Shown: positions 18,480-29,471, counted from the stretch's first letter. The stretch: 64,000 nt of DNA from an uncultured Ohtaekwangia sp. (GCA_964655635.1 CAZZNH010000011.1:39645-103644); one strand, 5' to 3'. Notes: a model not told the origin generated them from the sequence alone. Numbers and translations: made by a program.

Positions 18480-19386
18480 CTAGCACATCTAAAATACCCT
18501 TAATATCTTCTGGCACAAACCACTTAATATCGCTATCCCTTTTAAACCAGGTAAGTTGTCGCTTGGCATACCTCCGTGTGTTACGCTTCAATAACCTGAC
18601 AGCTTCATCCTTATCGTATTGCCCATCAAAATAACCAAAGAACTCCTGATAGCCCACGGTCTGTAGCGCGTTGTTTGCTCTCATCGGATACAGGGCTTTT
18701 GCTTCGTCAACCAGACCGGCATTTATCATGGTGTCCACCCTTGTATTGATCCTATCGTAAAGCATTTCCCGATCCAACTCAAGGCCAATTTTAACCACGT
18801 CAAAGGATAGCTCATGCTTCTTGTTTTTTCTAAACTCACTTGCTGTTTTCCCTGACGAACGGATGAGCTCAAGCGCCCTCATCAAACGCTGAGGGTTTTT
18901 TTTATCCACTTCTCTAAAATAATCGGGATCATTGATTTCAACCTGTTGCTGTAGCCAGTTCAAGCCGTTTTGCTCATATTCCTGAATAATTTGGTCCCGC
19001 ACACCGGTTTTCACCTCAGGCATTTCATCAAATCCTTCCAGGGCCGCTTTGATGTACATGCCCGAACCCCCACACATGATGAGCGTATCATATTTTTGAA
19101 AAAGCCGATGAATCAAAGTCAGACATTCCGAACCATATTGGGCGGCATCGTAGGGGCGACTTACCGAGACATGGTCAATAAAATGATGCGGCACCTCTTC
19201 AAGTTCCCCGGCTGAAGGCTTCGCTGTTCCAATGCTCATCTCCTTGTATAATTGTCTGGAGTCAGCGGACACGATCTCAGTTCTCAATGCCTTGGCCAAC
19301 TCAATGGCAACCTTGGTCTTGCCAACAGCCGTAGGCCCAACTATTACAATCAATCGTTTATTTCCATTTTCGGTCATCGGCACCAA
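18469..19386 (-). CDS. miaA: tRNA dimethylallyltransferase
   Basis: 305 aa. It has the P-loop GPTAVGKT and the motifs SADSRQLYKEMSIGTAKP, GGSGMY and YAKRQLTWF. Confidence 0.93.
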   Translation of the reverse strand: MVPMTENGNKRLIVIVGPTAVGKTKVAIELAKALRTEIVSADSRQLYKEMSIGTAKPSAGELEEVPHHFIDHVSVSRPYDAAQYGSECLTLIHRLFQKYDTLIMCGGSGMYIKAALEGFDEMPEVKTGVRDQIIQEYEQNGLNWLQQQVEINDPDYFREVDKKNPQRLMRALELIRSSGKTASEFRKNKKHELSFDVVKIGLELDREMLYDRINTRVDTMINAGLVDEAKALYPMRANNALQTVGYQEFFGYFDGQYDKDEAVRLLKRNTRRYAKRQLTWFKRDSDIKWFVPEDIKGILDVLDGE

Positions 19387-19472
19387 ATTACAATCTTTCG
19401 CCAGCTAATTTCCCCATGTACCAATTTCAAATTACCTTGCGGATCGAAACCACTATTTTTAGAATTTTGCTG

Positions 19473-19745
19473 ATGATTAAATACACCAATCAGTTCCTTG
19501 CCAAACTGGAAGATTTAGTAGCCGAGTCGGACTATATTTTGCGATATGAGAAGGGGAATTTCAAGTCGGGGTATTGTCTCCTGAGGGAGCAGAAGATCAT
19601 GATAATCAATAAGTTTTATACCACCGAAGGTAAAATCAACACCCTATTGGATATCCTGAAAATTGTCACCCTGGACCCGACCCGGTTTTCCGAGAAAAGC
19701 AAAAAATTGCACGAAGAACTCTCTCAAACTGAAATCAACATTTGA
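19473..19745 (+). CDS. Small conserved hypothetical protein
   Basis: About 90 aa from the internal ATG (MIKYTNQFLAKLEDL). The track start 19416 adds an implausible leader. The stop overlaps the TTG start of the next gene (TTGA at 19742-19745). Confidence 0.5.
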   Translation: MIKYTNQFLAKLEDLVAESDYILRYEKGNFKSGYCLLREQKIMIINKFYTTEGKINTLLDILKIVTLDPTRFSEKSKKLHEELSQTEINI

Positions 19746-20503
19746 AGATAACGTTCCTTGGCACCGGCACCTCGCAGGGCGTACCCGTTATAGGCTGCGA
19801 CTGTGATGTTTGCCAGTCCCTGGATTATCGAAATAAAAGATTACGCACTTCGGTTCACGTTCAGGTCCAGGACCAGAGTATCGTCATTGATACTGGCCCT
19901 GATTTTCGCCAGCAAATGCTTCGCGAACGGGTTCAAAAGTTGGATTTTGTTCTATTTACCCACAGTCATAAAGACCATACAGCAGGACTTGACGATGTTC
20001 GGGCATTTAACTTTAAGCAGAACATGGATATGCCTTTGTACGGCACCGCAGAGGTCCTGAGGCATTTAAAAACCGAATACTACTATGCGTTTTTGCCCAA
20101 GAGATATCCCGGCACCCCACAATTGCAACTCAACGAAATCACTGAGGCTCCCTTCACGGTCAACAATATCACAGTAACGCCACTACCCGTGATGCACTTG
20201 CATATGCCCGTATTGGGATTTAGAATAGGTGATTTCAGCTACATTACCGATGCCAACCAAATTCCGGATCAAACACTCGCTCGCCTTCGGGGCTCTAAAG
20301 TGCTTGTCCTGAATGCGCTGCAAAAAGAAAGTCATATTTCTCATTTTAACCTGACAGAGGCAGTTGCTATGGCCGAGAGAATTGGTTCTCAAAAAACATA
20401 TTTCACCCACATTAGCCATAAACTGGGTTTACACAAACAGGTTGCGGGGGAACTCCCGGATCATATTGAGTTGGCGTATGACGGACTTGTTGTGAGCGCA
20501 TAA
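19742..20503 (+). CDS. MBL-fold metallo-hydrolase (PhnP-like)
   Basis: 253 aa. It has the motif HSHKDHTAGLDD and the N-terminus FLGTGTSQGVP. The start codon is TTG. Confidence 0.8.
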   Translation: MKITFLGTGTSQGVPVIGCDCDVCQSLDYRNKRLRTSVHVQVQDQSIVIDTGPDFRQQMLRERVQKLDFVLFTHSHKDHTAGLDDVRAFNFKQNMDMPLYGTAEVLRHLKTEYYYAFLPKRYPGTPQLQLNEITEAPFTVNNITVTPLPVMHLHMPVLGFRIGDFSYITDANQIPDQTLARLRGSKVLVLNALQKESHISHFNLTEAVAMAERIGSQKTYFTHISHKLGLHKQVAGELPDHIELAYDGLVVSA

Positions 20504-20505
20504 TC

Positions 20506-22044
20506 ATGCACAACAACTATTATTTTCTCCGTCATCTCAGTGCTGCCCTCAACACCAGGCTCCAGGGGTTCTCGGTGGTTTCGTGCTTCAGCCAAAACAA
20601 GGAGGAGCTGATCATTGAGCTAAACGACAAGAAGTCCTCGTTTTTTATCAAGGCACATTTGCTTTCCTCCTTTAGCTGCCTTTCATTTCCCGGACAGTTC
20701 AACAGGGCGAAAAAAAATAGTGTCGATCTTTTTGGTGAGCTCATTCTCAAACGATTCACGGGGGTGACCCAATATGAAAACGAGCGCAGTTTTGCTCTTC
20801 ATTTTGAAAAAGGATACGCGCTGATTTTTAAAATGCATGCGAATCGATCCAATATTTTGCTCGCGCTTGATGGGCAAGTCATCCAGATTTTCAGAAATCA
20901 GTTCAAATCTGATTTGGACTTATCACCAGCCCAGCTCAACAGAACTATCGACTGGACCGAAGATGCCTTTCACAGTAATTTGCACAGGCTTAATGAGGTA
21001 TACCCAACTTTTGGGAGAGAAGTCTGGAGCTACCTGGATGAAAATGGTTTCGAAACGCTGACCGGCCCAGCCAAATGGAATTTATTGCAAAAAACATTGC
21101 GCTTATTGACCGACCCGACCATTTATCTGAACGAACAAAATAATAAGATCAAACTTAGCCTGTTGCCTTCCCACGAAATCCTGCGCCAGTTCACCGATCC
21201 CATCGCGGCCGTCAATGAGTTTTTTTATATTCACACTACCACCGAGGCGCTCCACAAGGACAAGTCATTCCTGGATAAAAAATTCAAGGCAACCATAGAA
21301 GCGTGCGAAGGCTATATCGCCAAGAATGAAATCAAGCTAGCGGAAATCAAGGATGACAAACAATATAAAATATGGGCGGATGTGCTGATGGCCAATTTGC
21401 ACCAGGTCGGCAAAGGGCTAAAAAAAATATCGCTCTCCGATTTTAATAGCCAACCGACCACAATAAAGCTCAATCCGGAACTAAGCGCGCAAAAAAATGC
21501 AGAGGCGTTTTACCGAAAGGCCAAGAATCAGGAAATAGAGATCCGAAAAATCAACGAAGCCATTAACCAAAAGAAACAAGAATTGGCAGATGCCCGTTCG
21601 CAATTGAAATTGCTCAACGAGATAACAACAATCGATGAGCTAAAGCAGCACTTTAAAAAGATCGAAGGCAAATCGGCCAAGAAAGAAGATCCCTTTCCTT
21701 TTCACGAGGTCGAATTCAAGGGTTATAAAATCTGGATTGGCAAAAACGCAGCAAACAATGATTTACTCACTTTAAAGTATACACACAAAGATGACCTGTG
21801 GCTGCACGTCAAGGACGTATCCGGATCACATGTGGTTGTCAAGCACCATTCAGGGAAGCCGATTCCAAAGGAGGTCGTTGAGCGTGCTGCAGAGTTGGCC
21901 GCATTTAATTCAAAAAGAAAAACAGAATCACTGTGCCCTGTTGCTTTCACCCAGAAAAAATTTGTGAGAAAGCGTAAAGGTGATCCCGCGGGGGCCGTTG
22001 TCGTTGAACGGGAGCAAGTGATTATGGTAGAGCCGAAATTGTAG
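20506..22044 (+). CDS. NFACT family RNA-binding protein (DUF814 / fibronectin-binding protein A-like)
   Basis: 512 aa with a central coiled coil. The C-terminal region DLWLHVKDVSGSHVVVK is typical of the NFACT-R domain. Confidence 0.8.
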   Translation: MHNNYYFLRHLSAALNTRLQGFSVVSCFSQNKEELIIELNDKKSSFFIKAHLLSSFSCLSFPGQFNRAKKNSVDLFGELILKRFTGVTQYENERSFALHFEKGYALIFKMHANRSNILLALDGQVIQIFRNQFKSDLDLSPAQLNRTIDWTEDAFHSNLHRLNEVYPTFGREVWSYLDENGFETLTGPAKWNLLQKTLRLLTDPTIYLNEQNNKIKLSLLPSHEILRQFTDPIAAVNEFFYIHTTTEALHKDKSFLDKKFKATIEACEGYIAKNEIKLAEIKDDKQYKIWADVLMANLHQVGKGLKKISLSDFNSQPTTIKLNPELSAQKNAEAFYRKAKNQEIEIRKINEAINQKKQELADARSQLKLLNEITTIDELKQHFKKIEGKSAKKEDPFPFHEVEFKGYKIWIGKNAANNDLLTLKYTHKDDLWLHVKDVSGSHVVVKHHSGKPIPKEVVERAAELAAFNSKRKTESLCPVAFTQKKFVRKRKGDPAGAVVVEREQVIMVEPKL

Positions 22045-23206
22045 CCATTGAATGGCTACTCGCCATCTCTCTGAACAGGTCGATCCACGAATCGATCTTG
22101 CCAGTGTCTTTTCCAAACCGAACAATTACAATTTTTTCAGCGGGTGAGACAAAAATAAATTGTCCCAAATGCCCGGTACCCGCGAACGATTGGGGATGTC
22201 GGTCATTGGCCAGGTATATCCACCAAAAGTTTTTGTAATGCACTCCCTCCCACGCACGCACGCTTCCCTCCAGACTGGTACAGTCTTCAACCCAGGTTTG
22301 GGAAACGACCTGTTCTCCATTCCAATTTCCTTTATTCAGCATCAGCCGTCCGAGTTTGGCAAAATCGATAGCCCTTCCATTCACGCCACTTTCCATTTTC
22401 TCCAATTGGTCATCGTCACTGTCCAGGCTCCACGATGCGGGAAATTCCATCCCGAGTTTTGCCCACACCTTTTTCTCAAAATACTCCGAGACGGTGGTTT
22501 TTGTTACCCGCTCCAAAATGATTCCACATAAGATCGGATTGTAGCCCATGTATTGCCAGCGTTCGCCCGGGGGTTCATCCAGTCGTACGCTAAGCGCTCT
22601 TGCCCGTAAACATGGATGGTAATAATTTTTGGGCTTATCACCCCAGACCAGGTCATGATCGCGGTAATAAAAGCCGGATTGCATCATCAACAAATTGGAA
22701 ATGGTCACTAACCTCAACTTTGGATCCTTTGTGACCAATTCAGGTATGTAGTCCGCCATTGACTGCTGAATATGGGTAATCCTTCCCTCATCAACGGCAA
22801 TGCCCACGAGAAGTGACGTAATGGATTTTGCCACCGAGAATGAAGTATTGATGGAGGATCGTGTGTAGCCATTGCCATACCCTTCCAATATAATTGTGTC
22901 ATTGCGAATGACGATCAATGCCGTGGTTTCAGTTCCGTCAATGAATTCATCGGTTGGTCGACTATACCTGTTTTTTTTATACGTGTAAGAAATGTGTTTT
23001 AGCTTTTTGGCATCTATGGCGACTGGGAAATTAAAAACAGGAGGTTGATTGTGGACATCCCTTTTTGGAAACTTCTGATAATCTTCAATGTCAGAGAAAT
23101 TCCAGGCAACCCATCGGCCCAGGTAAGTAGACTGGCAGGAAGGAATAAGAAGGAATGCGCTAACCGCGAATAAAAAAAGTGCAGCTGATCTAAAAATCAA
23201 TTTCAT
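22022..23206 (-). CDS. Serine hydrolase (beta-lactamase / transpeptidase-like family)
   Basis: 394 aa with a signal peptide or lipoprotein-like N-terminus. The S-x-x-K motif occurs in FSVAKSITSLLVG. It overlaps the NFACT gene end convergently by 23 nt. Confidence 0.8.
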   Translation of the reverse strand: MKLIFRSAALFLFAVSAFLLIPSCQSTYLGRWVAWNFSDIEDYQKFPKRDVHNQPPVFNFPVAIDAKKLKHISYTYKKNRYSRPTDEFIDGTETTALIVIRNDTIILEGYGNGYTRSSINTSFSVAKSITSLLVGIAVDEGRITHIQQSMADYIPELVTKDPKLRLVTISNLLMMQSGFYYRDHDLVWGDKPKNYYHPCLRARALSVRLDEPPGERWQYMGYNPILCGIILERVTKTTVSEYFEKKVWAKLGMEFPASWSLDSDDDQLEKMESGVNGRAIDFAKLGRLMLNKGNWNGEQVVSQTWVEDCTSLEGSVRAWEGVHYKNFWWIYLANDRHPQSFAGTGHLGQFIFVSPAEKIVIVRFGKDTGKIDSWIDLFREMASSHSMATISALP

Positions 23207-23330
23207 CGCATACCATCATGCAATGGGTGTTCCATCCTCGTCTAGTTGCTTTTTACTTGTTTTGGCCCAAGAGATCAATCCCTTTGTTTCATTTTGGAGC
23301 AACTGCATGTTTCACAATGAAACACATAAA

Positions 23331-24758
23331 CTAACTCACCACGTTGATTTTCATCATATTGGTCCGGTGACGTTCAGCGATCGGCATGCTTGCCAGACTG
23401 ATAAAGATGTCCCCTTTCTGAACGTGGCCATCCTTTTTTAGAATTTCTGCGATATCGGCAATGGTCTCGTCTGTACTGGTTTGTTTATCATAAAAGTAGG
23501 CACGGGTACCCCACACCAGGTTCATGGTATCAAGGATCGACCGGTTGCCTGTGAACACAAAAATATTGGTGTTTGGGCGATGAGATGACGATTGAAAAGC
23601 CGTGTATCCTGATTGCGTCATCCCAACAATCGCTTTCGCGCCAACATCCTGCGCCAATTTACAGGCAGCAAGGATCAGGCTATCGTGGATAAAAATGGGT
23701 GACGCGGGATCAACCGGTCTGAATTTATAATAGATTCCGGGCTGCTTTTCAATTGAGGTGATCGTGCGAACCATGCTTCGGATTACTTCGACCGGGTATT
23801 TACCAGCGGCAGTCTCGGCAGAAAGCATCAACGCGTCTGCTCCATCCATCACCGCGTTGGCCACATCGCTGGCTTCTGCGCGGGTTGGTCTCGGATTCTC
23901 AATCATGCTCTCCATCATCTGTGTGGCCACAATGACGGGCTTTGAAGCTTTGTTGCATTTTTCGATTAACTTCTTCTGAACAATCGGAACTTCCTCCATC
24001 CAAATTTCCACACCCAGATCACCACGCGCCACCATAATGGCATCGGTGGCCTCAATGATGGCATCGATGTTCTCCAGCGCCTCCGGTTTTTCGATCTTGG
24101 CTACAATTCTGGCTTTCGAATTATTCTGCTTAAGAATGTTTCTGAGTTCAATGATGTCCTGAGGTTTTCTTACAAAAGATAAGGCCACCCAGTTAACATC
24201 CTGTTTCATTCCGAACTCAAGATCCTTTAAGTCTTTTGCCGTGAGCGATGGCGCAGATACGCGGGTGTTGGGCAGGTTGATTCCCTTTCTTGACGTTAAG
24301 GGACCACCATAAATTACGGTGGTCAATATCTTGGTATCCCTCACCTCTTTTACTTTCAGTTCGATCTTGCCGTCATCAATTAGAATCTTTTCTCCAACCT
24401 TGACATCATTGGGAAGATTTTTATAGGACGTACTGACTATCTTCTGGCTTCCCATCAATTCCTCGGTCGTGATGGTCAACTCCTGACCCTGCTCGAGGAT
24501 GGTGTCTTTTTCTACGTCATTAACTCTAATCTTTGGTCCTTGTAAGTCAATGAGCAGAGCCACATGTGTGCCCAACTCGTTGTTGATCTCCCTCACCAAA
24601 TCGATAACGATCTTCTTATCTTCGTGCTTCCCGTGGGAAAAATTCAACCTGAACACATCTACGCCTTCCAACACCAATGCTTTGAGCATGTCTCTCGAAT
24701 TGGATGCCGGACCAATCGTTGCAACGATCTTTGTTCGGTTGTAGGCTACTCTTTCCAT
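23331..24758 (-). CDS. pyk: Pyruvate kinase
   Basis: 475 aa. Motifs are TKIVATIGPAS, RLNFSHG, MVARGDLGVE and ATQMLESM-like (ATQMMESM). Confidence 0.96.
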   Translation of the reverse strand: MERVAYNRTKIVATIGPASNSRDMLKALVLEGVDVFRLNFSHGKHEDKKIVIDLVREINNELGTHVALLIDLQGPKIRVNDVEKDTILEQGQELTITTEELMGSQKIVSTSYKNLPNDVKVGEKILIDDGKIELKVKEVRDTKILTTVIYGGPLTSRKGINLPNTRVSAPSLTAKDLKDLEFGMKQDVNWVALSFVRKPQDIIELRNILKQNNSKARIVAKIEKPEALENIDAIIEATDAIMVARGDLGVEIWMEEVPIVQKKLIEKCNKASKPVIVATQMMESMIENPRPTRAEASDVANAVMDGADALMLSAETAAGKYPVEVIRSMVRTITSIEKQPGIYYKFRPVDPASPIFIHDSLILAACKLAQDVGAKAIVGMTQSGYTAFQSSSHRPNTNIFVFTGNRSILDTMNLVWGTRAYFYDKQTSTDETIADIAEILKKDGHVQKGDIFISLASMPIAERHRTNMMKINVVS

Positions 24759-24760
24759 CG

Positions 24761-25183
24761 TTAAAAAATAAAATAGTCTTTTGACTTTATAGCGTCCAAA
24801 GGTATAAAAGCAACCAATTCAACTGAAGGAATAGTTCGCAAGTATTCTTGCAATCGATTGCTTTCTACTTTATCCGCACCCTGCGACATGACCACGTAAT
24901 CCAAATGAGGAAATTCCTGGACGAGCAGGTTTTTCCCGGCTTCATTTTCATTGGGTTTGTTGCGGAAAAGCCGAAGGCGATTCAGGGGGCTTTCGTGGAA
25001 AAAATGCCCGTAAGTACCGGTGATTTTATTACCAAATGAGATGCTTACATCGGGCTGTTTCACAAGCCGAACATTGAGCAGGTGATTTATATCCCAGGCC
25101 AGTTTATAACCCTTTGCAGAAGAAATCACTCCCAATAACTCAAAATCATAACTATAATCTATTTCAAGCCTTTTTTTCTTCAT
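24761..25183 (-). CDS. IPExxxVDY family protein
   Basis: 140 aa. It has the N-terminus DYSYDFELLGVISSAKGYKLAWDIN, the central motif VQEFPHLDYVV (a variant of IPExxxVDY) and a C-terminal KSKDYFIF. Its position between pyk and acpP is typical of Bacteroidota. Confidence 0.75.
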   Translation of the reverse strand: MKKKRLEIDYSYDFELLGVISSAKGYKLAWDINHLLNVRLVKQPDVSISFGNKITGTYGHFFHESPLNRLRLFRNKPNENEAGKNLLVQEFPHLDYVVMSQGADKVESNRLQEYLRTIPSVELVAFIPLDAIKSKDYFIF

Positions 25184-25286
25184 TTTCGGTCATTGCGCAT
25201 GCTGCTTCCCCGGGCAAAAAGTTTGACAATATTGCACTAAATCTCTTTCTTTGCACAGATTTTTGAATACTCTAAACTTATAAAAC

Positions 25287-25526
25287 ATGTCTGAAATCGC
25301 ACAAAAAGTAAAACAGATCATTATTGACAAACTGGGCGTAGAAGAATCGGAGGTTACTCCAGAGGCTTCTTTTACAAATGACCTCGGTGCCGACTCTTTG
25401 GATACGGTTGAGTTAATTATGGAATTTGAGAAGGAATTCAATATTTCTATTCCGGATGACCAAGCTGAGAATATTGCCACAGTTGGACAGGCGATTTCTT
25501 ACCTTGAGGAGAATGTGAAGAAGTAA
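25287..25526 (+). CDS. acpP: Acyl carrier protein
   Basis: 79 aa with the phosphopantetheine attachment motif [16 protein letters not shown]. Confidence 0.97.
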   Translation: MSEIAQKVKQIIIDKLGVEESEVTPEASFTNDLGADSLDTVELIMEFEKEFNISIPDDQAENIATVGQAISYLEENVKK

Positions 25527-25562
25527 ATCAGGGACCAAGCTCCCTCCACTAACCTTTGTTCG

Positions 25563-26813
25563 ATGACGTTTAAACGAGTAGTGATCACCGGTATAGGTGC
25601 ATTAACCCCTATTGGAAATACCCGCGAAGAATATTGGGAAGGTTTGCGCAATGGCAAAAGCGGTGCAGCGCCAATTACAAAGTTTGATGCTTCTCGTTTC
25701 AAGACGAAATTTGCCTGCGAGGTAAAGGGTTTTGATGTCGGAAATTTTATTGACAGAAAGGAAGCACGCAAAATGGATCCTTTCGCTCAGTATGCATTGG
25801 TGGTGGCGGATGAAGCCATTAAAGATTCCAATCTCCCCTTGGCCGATCTCAATCCGGATCGCGTTGGCGTGATCTGGGGTTCGGGGATTGGAGGTTTACT
25901 TACATTTCAGGAAGAGGTTAAGTCGTTTGCTGCCGGTGACGGAACCCCACGATTTAATCCCTTCTTTATTCCGAAAATGATTGCCGACCTCAGCGCAGGT
26001 CATATCTCTATCAAATACGGATTCAGAGGACCAAACTTTACCACTGTTTCTGCATGCGCCTCCTCCACCAATTCGATTTACGATGCGTTCACTTATATCC
26101 GTCTCGGCAAATCAGACGTCATCGTAACAGGCGGCTCTGAAATGGCCGTATGTGAAGCGGGTGTGGGTGGCTTCAATGCCATGAAAGCACTCTCCGAACG
26201 CAATGACTCTCCCGAAACTGCCTCCAGACCTTATGACAAGGAAAGAGATGGTTTTGTGTTGGGCGAGGGCGCAGGCGGATTAATTCTGGAAGAGTACGAA
26301 CACGCCAAAAAGAGGGGTGCCAAAATTTATGCGGAAGTCATGGGTGGCGGTATGACAGCAGATGCCTACCACATTACCGCACCGCATCCAGAAGGTGCTG
26401 GCATAGTCAAAGTGATGGAACACGCCCTTGAAGAAGCTGGAATGCAAGCTTCAGAGATTGACTACATCAATACCCATGGAACGTCTACTCCACTTGGCGA
26501 TCTTGGAGAAATTAAGGCCATACAAAAAGTGTTTGGCGCACATGCTTATAAGTTGAATATCAGCTCCACCAAATCCATGACGGGTCACCTCCTGGGAGCC
26601 GCTGGAGCGATCGAAACCATCGCCTGCCTTTTGGCCATCAAAGAGGGCGTTATACCACCAACAATCAATCACTTCGTTGATGATGACGGACTGGACCCAA
26701 AACTGAACCTCACGTTTAATAAAGCACAAAAGAGAGAAGTAAAAGTTGCCCTGAGCAATACTTTTGGGTTTGGTGGTCACAATTTCTCTATCATTCTCAA
26801 AAAAGTAGAGTAA
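25563..26813 (+). CDS. fabF: Beta-ketoacyl-ACP synthase II
   Basis: 416 aa. It has the active-site Cys in SACASS, HGTSTPLGD, GHLLGAAG and the C-terminal NTFGFGGHN. Confidence 0.96.
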   Translation: MTFKRVVITGIGALTPIGNTREEYWEGLRNGKSGAAPITKFDASRFKTKFACEVKGFDVGNFIDRKEARKMDPFAQYALVVADEAIKDSNLPLADLNPDRVGVIWGSGIGGLLTFQEEVKSFAAGDGTPRFNPFFIPKMIADLSAGHISIKYGFRGPNFTTVSACASSTNSIYDAFTYIRLGKSDVIVTGGSEMAVCEAGVGGFNAMKALSERNDSPETASRPYDKERDGFVLGEGAGGLILEEYEHAKKRGAKIYAEVMGGGMTADAYHITAPHPEGAGIVKVMEHALEEAGMQASEIDYINTHGTSTPLGDLGEIKAIQKVFGAHAYKLNISSTKSMTGHLLGAAGAIETIACLLAIKEGVIPPTINHFVDDDGLDPKLNLTFNKAQKREVKVALSNTFGFGGHNFSIILKKVE

Positions 26814-26822
26814 GCACAAGTC

Positions 26823-27545
26823 GTGTGGGGCTTACTAAAAACGTCCAAGGCAAGTAAAAAGGAAAATCAAAAACTGATTACGGCCATCCGGACCATTACG
26901 GGACTTGCTCCGTCAAACATTGAACTCTATAGGTTGGCTACCTTGCACAGCTCAAAAGCCAAGGAAGTAGATGGCTTCCGCGAGTCCAACGAGCGCCTTG
27001 AATACCTGGGGGACGCGATACTCGGGGCTGCCGTGGCAGACTACCTTTTTAAAAAATATCCTTTCAAAGATGAAGGATTTTTAACGGAGATTCGCTCGCG
27101 TATTGTAAACAGGGAATCACTCAATCAAATCGCACGAAAGGTTGGCATCGTAGACATCGTGCAATCCGACAAAAAAAGCACCCAACTGCAGCAGGTCATC
27201 CTGGGCAATACCCTGGAAGCAATTGTAGGCGCTGTATACCTTGACAAAGGATATATCAAATGCAAAAAATTTGTGATCGACAAACTCATTCAGCCTTACC
27301 TTAACCTGAAAGAAGTCGTCAACTCAAACGCCAACTTTAAGAGCTTGATCATTGAATGGTCGCAACGCAACAGCACCACCATTCGATTTGACGTTACAAG
27401 CCATAAAAAAGGAAAGGCAGGAAAAGAATTTATCGCGCAGATATTTATCGGAGAGCAACCATATGGGCAGGGATTTGGTTATACAAAGAAAAAAGCGGAG
27501 CAGGATGCCGCCCAGAAGACCTGTTCAATGCTGAACATTAATTAG
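26823..27545 (+). CDS. rnc: Ribonuclease III
   Basis: 240 aa with a GTG start. It has the signature NERLEYLGDAILG and a C-terminal dsRBD (GYTKKKAEQDAAQ). Confidence 0.93.
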   Translation: MWGLLKTSKASKKENQKLITAIRTITGLAPSNIELYRLATLHSSKAKEVDGFRESNERLEYLGDAILGAAVADYLFKKYPFKDEGFLTEIRSRIVNRESLNQIARKVGIVDIVQSDKKSTQLQQVILGNTLEAIVGAVYLDKGYIKCKKFVIDKLIQPYLNLKEVVNSNANFKSLIIEWSQRNSTTIRFDVTSHKKGKAGKEFIAQIFIGEQPYGQGFGYTKKKAEQDAAQKTCSMLNIN

Positions 27546-27558
27546 CGCTGCTGACTAA

Positions 27559-29397
27559 ATGAAAAAAATACTCAGGCTTGGTGGTGCCACTGTAAACCAA
27601 ACTCCCATTGACTGGAGTCATAACACCTCAAATATTATCAACGCCCTCAGGGAAGCGCAAAACAGGCAGATTGATTTACTCTGCTTCCCTGAAGTTTGTG
27701 TGAGCGGGTATGGCTGCGAGGACCTCTTCCTCACGGACTGGCTGTCGGAGCGGGCCTGGGTTGAAATAGAAAAGATTGCGCCTCAGGTCGGTAATTTGAT
27801 GGCATGTATCGGGATGCCGCTTCGAATCAAGGGCAAAACCTACAATGGGGTATGCGTAATTCAAAATGGAAACATCTTAGGTATAACCCTAAAGCAGAAC
27901 CTCGCCAAAGATGGTGTTCATTACGAGCACCGCTGGTTCGAGGAATGGCCGGCACACAAAATAGAAAAAATTGAGAGAGACGGGAGATGGATTAACGTGG
28001 GTGATCTTATCTACGAATGTAAAGGCGTCTCGGTTGGTTTTGAAATTTGCGAGGACGCCTGGCGCCATGTCAGGCCTGCAGACACTTTGATCGACAGAAG
28101 CATCGACCTCATATTGAACCCCAGTGCCAGCCATTTTGCCATGAGCAAAAGCCACTCGCGTGAAATCCTGGTGAAAGAAAGCTCGCAGAAATACAATTGC
28201 GTGTACGGCTATGTAAATTTATTGGGCAATGAAGCTGGCAGGATGATTTACGATGGTGATATCCTGTTTGCACGCCATGGGAAATTAATACAACGCAATC
28301 CGCGACTGTCGCTGCAGCCTTTCGTTATTCAGGACTGTGAGATCGACTTTGGCGATAGTAACGAAACTCCCAGCCAACCCAATTCCGATATCGAGGAAAA
28401 AAACGAAGAGTTCGCCCAGGCTACAAGCTTGGCTCTGTTTGATTATTTGAGAAAAAGTAAATCAAAAGGATTTGTGTTGAGCTTGAGCGGTGGGGCTGAT
28501 TCTGCCTGCTGCGCGGTGATCGTTGCTGAAATGATTAAACGGGCCAGCCAGCAACTTGGATGGAGTAACTTTGCCAAAGCGCTTGGCATTAGCGATCTCA
28601 AGAACGCAGCCGAGGCGACACGGCACCTTTTAACGTGTGCCTACCAGTCCACACGCAATTCTTCGGAGGCAACGTTACACGCTGCCAAATCACTGGCAGA
28701 TTCCATTGGAGCATCTTTTCATCACTGGACCGTTGATGATGAAGTGGAATCGTACAAATCTAAAATCGAACTGGCAATTGGCAGACCGCTAACCTGGGAG
28801 CAAGATGACATCGCACTTCAAAATATCCAGGCGAGGTCAAGATCTCCTATTATCTGGATGCTTGCTAATGTTAAAAATGCAATCCTTATCACCACGTCCA
28901 ACAGAAGTGAGGGTGACGTGGGTTACGCGACCATGGATGGAGATACCAGCGGTAGCCTGGCACCCATAGCCGGTGTTGATAAACCATTCATCATACAATG
29001 GCTCAAGTGGGCTGAGAAAAAACTGGGTTATGGGAGTTTATCACACGTAAACGAGCTGGAGCCAACGGCAGAGCTCCGGCCTTCCCATTCCACCCAAACC
29101 GATGAGACGGATTTGATGCCCTACGATTTGCTTGTCAGCATTGAAAAACTGGCAATCAGAGATCGAAAATCACCGAATGAAGTCTATCAACTGCTGCAAG
29201 GCGATTTTGAACATCAATTTTTAAGGGCATCCATTATCAAGTTCTTCCGATTGTGGGCCAGAAATCAGTGGAAGCGTGAGCGCATGGCCCCTTCCTTCCA
29301 CCTGGACGACATTAACGTTGATCCCCGTAGTTGGTGTAGATTCCCCATCCTTTCGGGAGGATTCGAGGAAGAACTGGCTCATCTGGGTAGCAATTAG
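27559..29397 (+). CDS. nadE: Glutamine-dependent NAD+ synthetase
   Basis: 612 aa. The N-terminal CN-hydrolase domain shows FPEVCVSGY and ICEDAW. The C-terminal synthetase domain has the PP-loop SLSGGADSA. Confidence 0.92.
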   Translation: MKKILRLGGATVNQTPIDWSHNTSNIINALREAQNRQIDLLCFPEVCVSGYGCEDLFLTDWLSERAWVEIEKIAPQVGNLMACIGMPLRIKGKTYNGVCVIQNGNILGITLKQNLAKDGVHYEHRWFEEWPAHKIEKIERDGRWINVGDLIYECKGVSVGFEICEDAWRHVRPADTLIDRSIDLILNPSASHFAMSKSHSREILVKESSQKYNCVYGYVNLLGNEAGRMIYDGDILFARHGKLIQRNPRLSLQPFVIQDCEIDFGDSNETPSQPNSDIEEKNEEFAQATSLALFDYLRKSKSKGFVLSLSGGADSACCAVIVAEMIKRASQQLGWSNFAKALGISDLKNAAEATRHLLTCAYQSTRNSSEATLHAAKSLADSIGASFHHWTVDDEVESYKSKIELAIGRPLTWEQDDIALQNIQARSRSPIIWMLANVKNAILITTSNRSEGDVGYATMDGDTSGSLAPIAGVDKPFIIQWLKWAEKKLGYGSLSHVNELEPTAELRPSHSTQTDETDLMPYDLLVSIEKLAIRDRKSPNEVYQLLQGDFEHQFLRASIIKFFRLWARNQWKRERMAPSFHLDDINVDPRSWCRFPILSGGFEEELAHLGSN

Positions 29398-29471
29398 GCC
29401 TTTGGCCATTGCCTTTAAGCTAATATCTTTGCCGGATTAAAAAATTTGCAATAACCCCCTAAACGCTATAC

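Noticed and set aside
23308-23324. Hairpin TGTTTCA-caa-TGAAACA downstream of pyk as a terminator
   Set aside because: The stem is only 7 bp and AT-rich, and no U-tract follows on the minus strand. This is not enough to call a terminator.
25190-25480. 96-aa ORF antisense to acpP
   Set aside because: It overlaps the highly conserved acpP coding sequence on the opposite strand and has no motifs.
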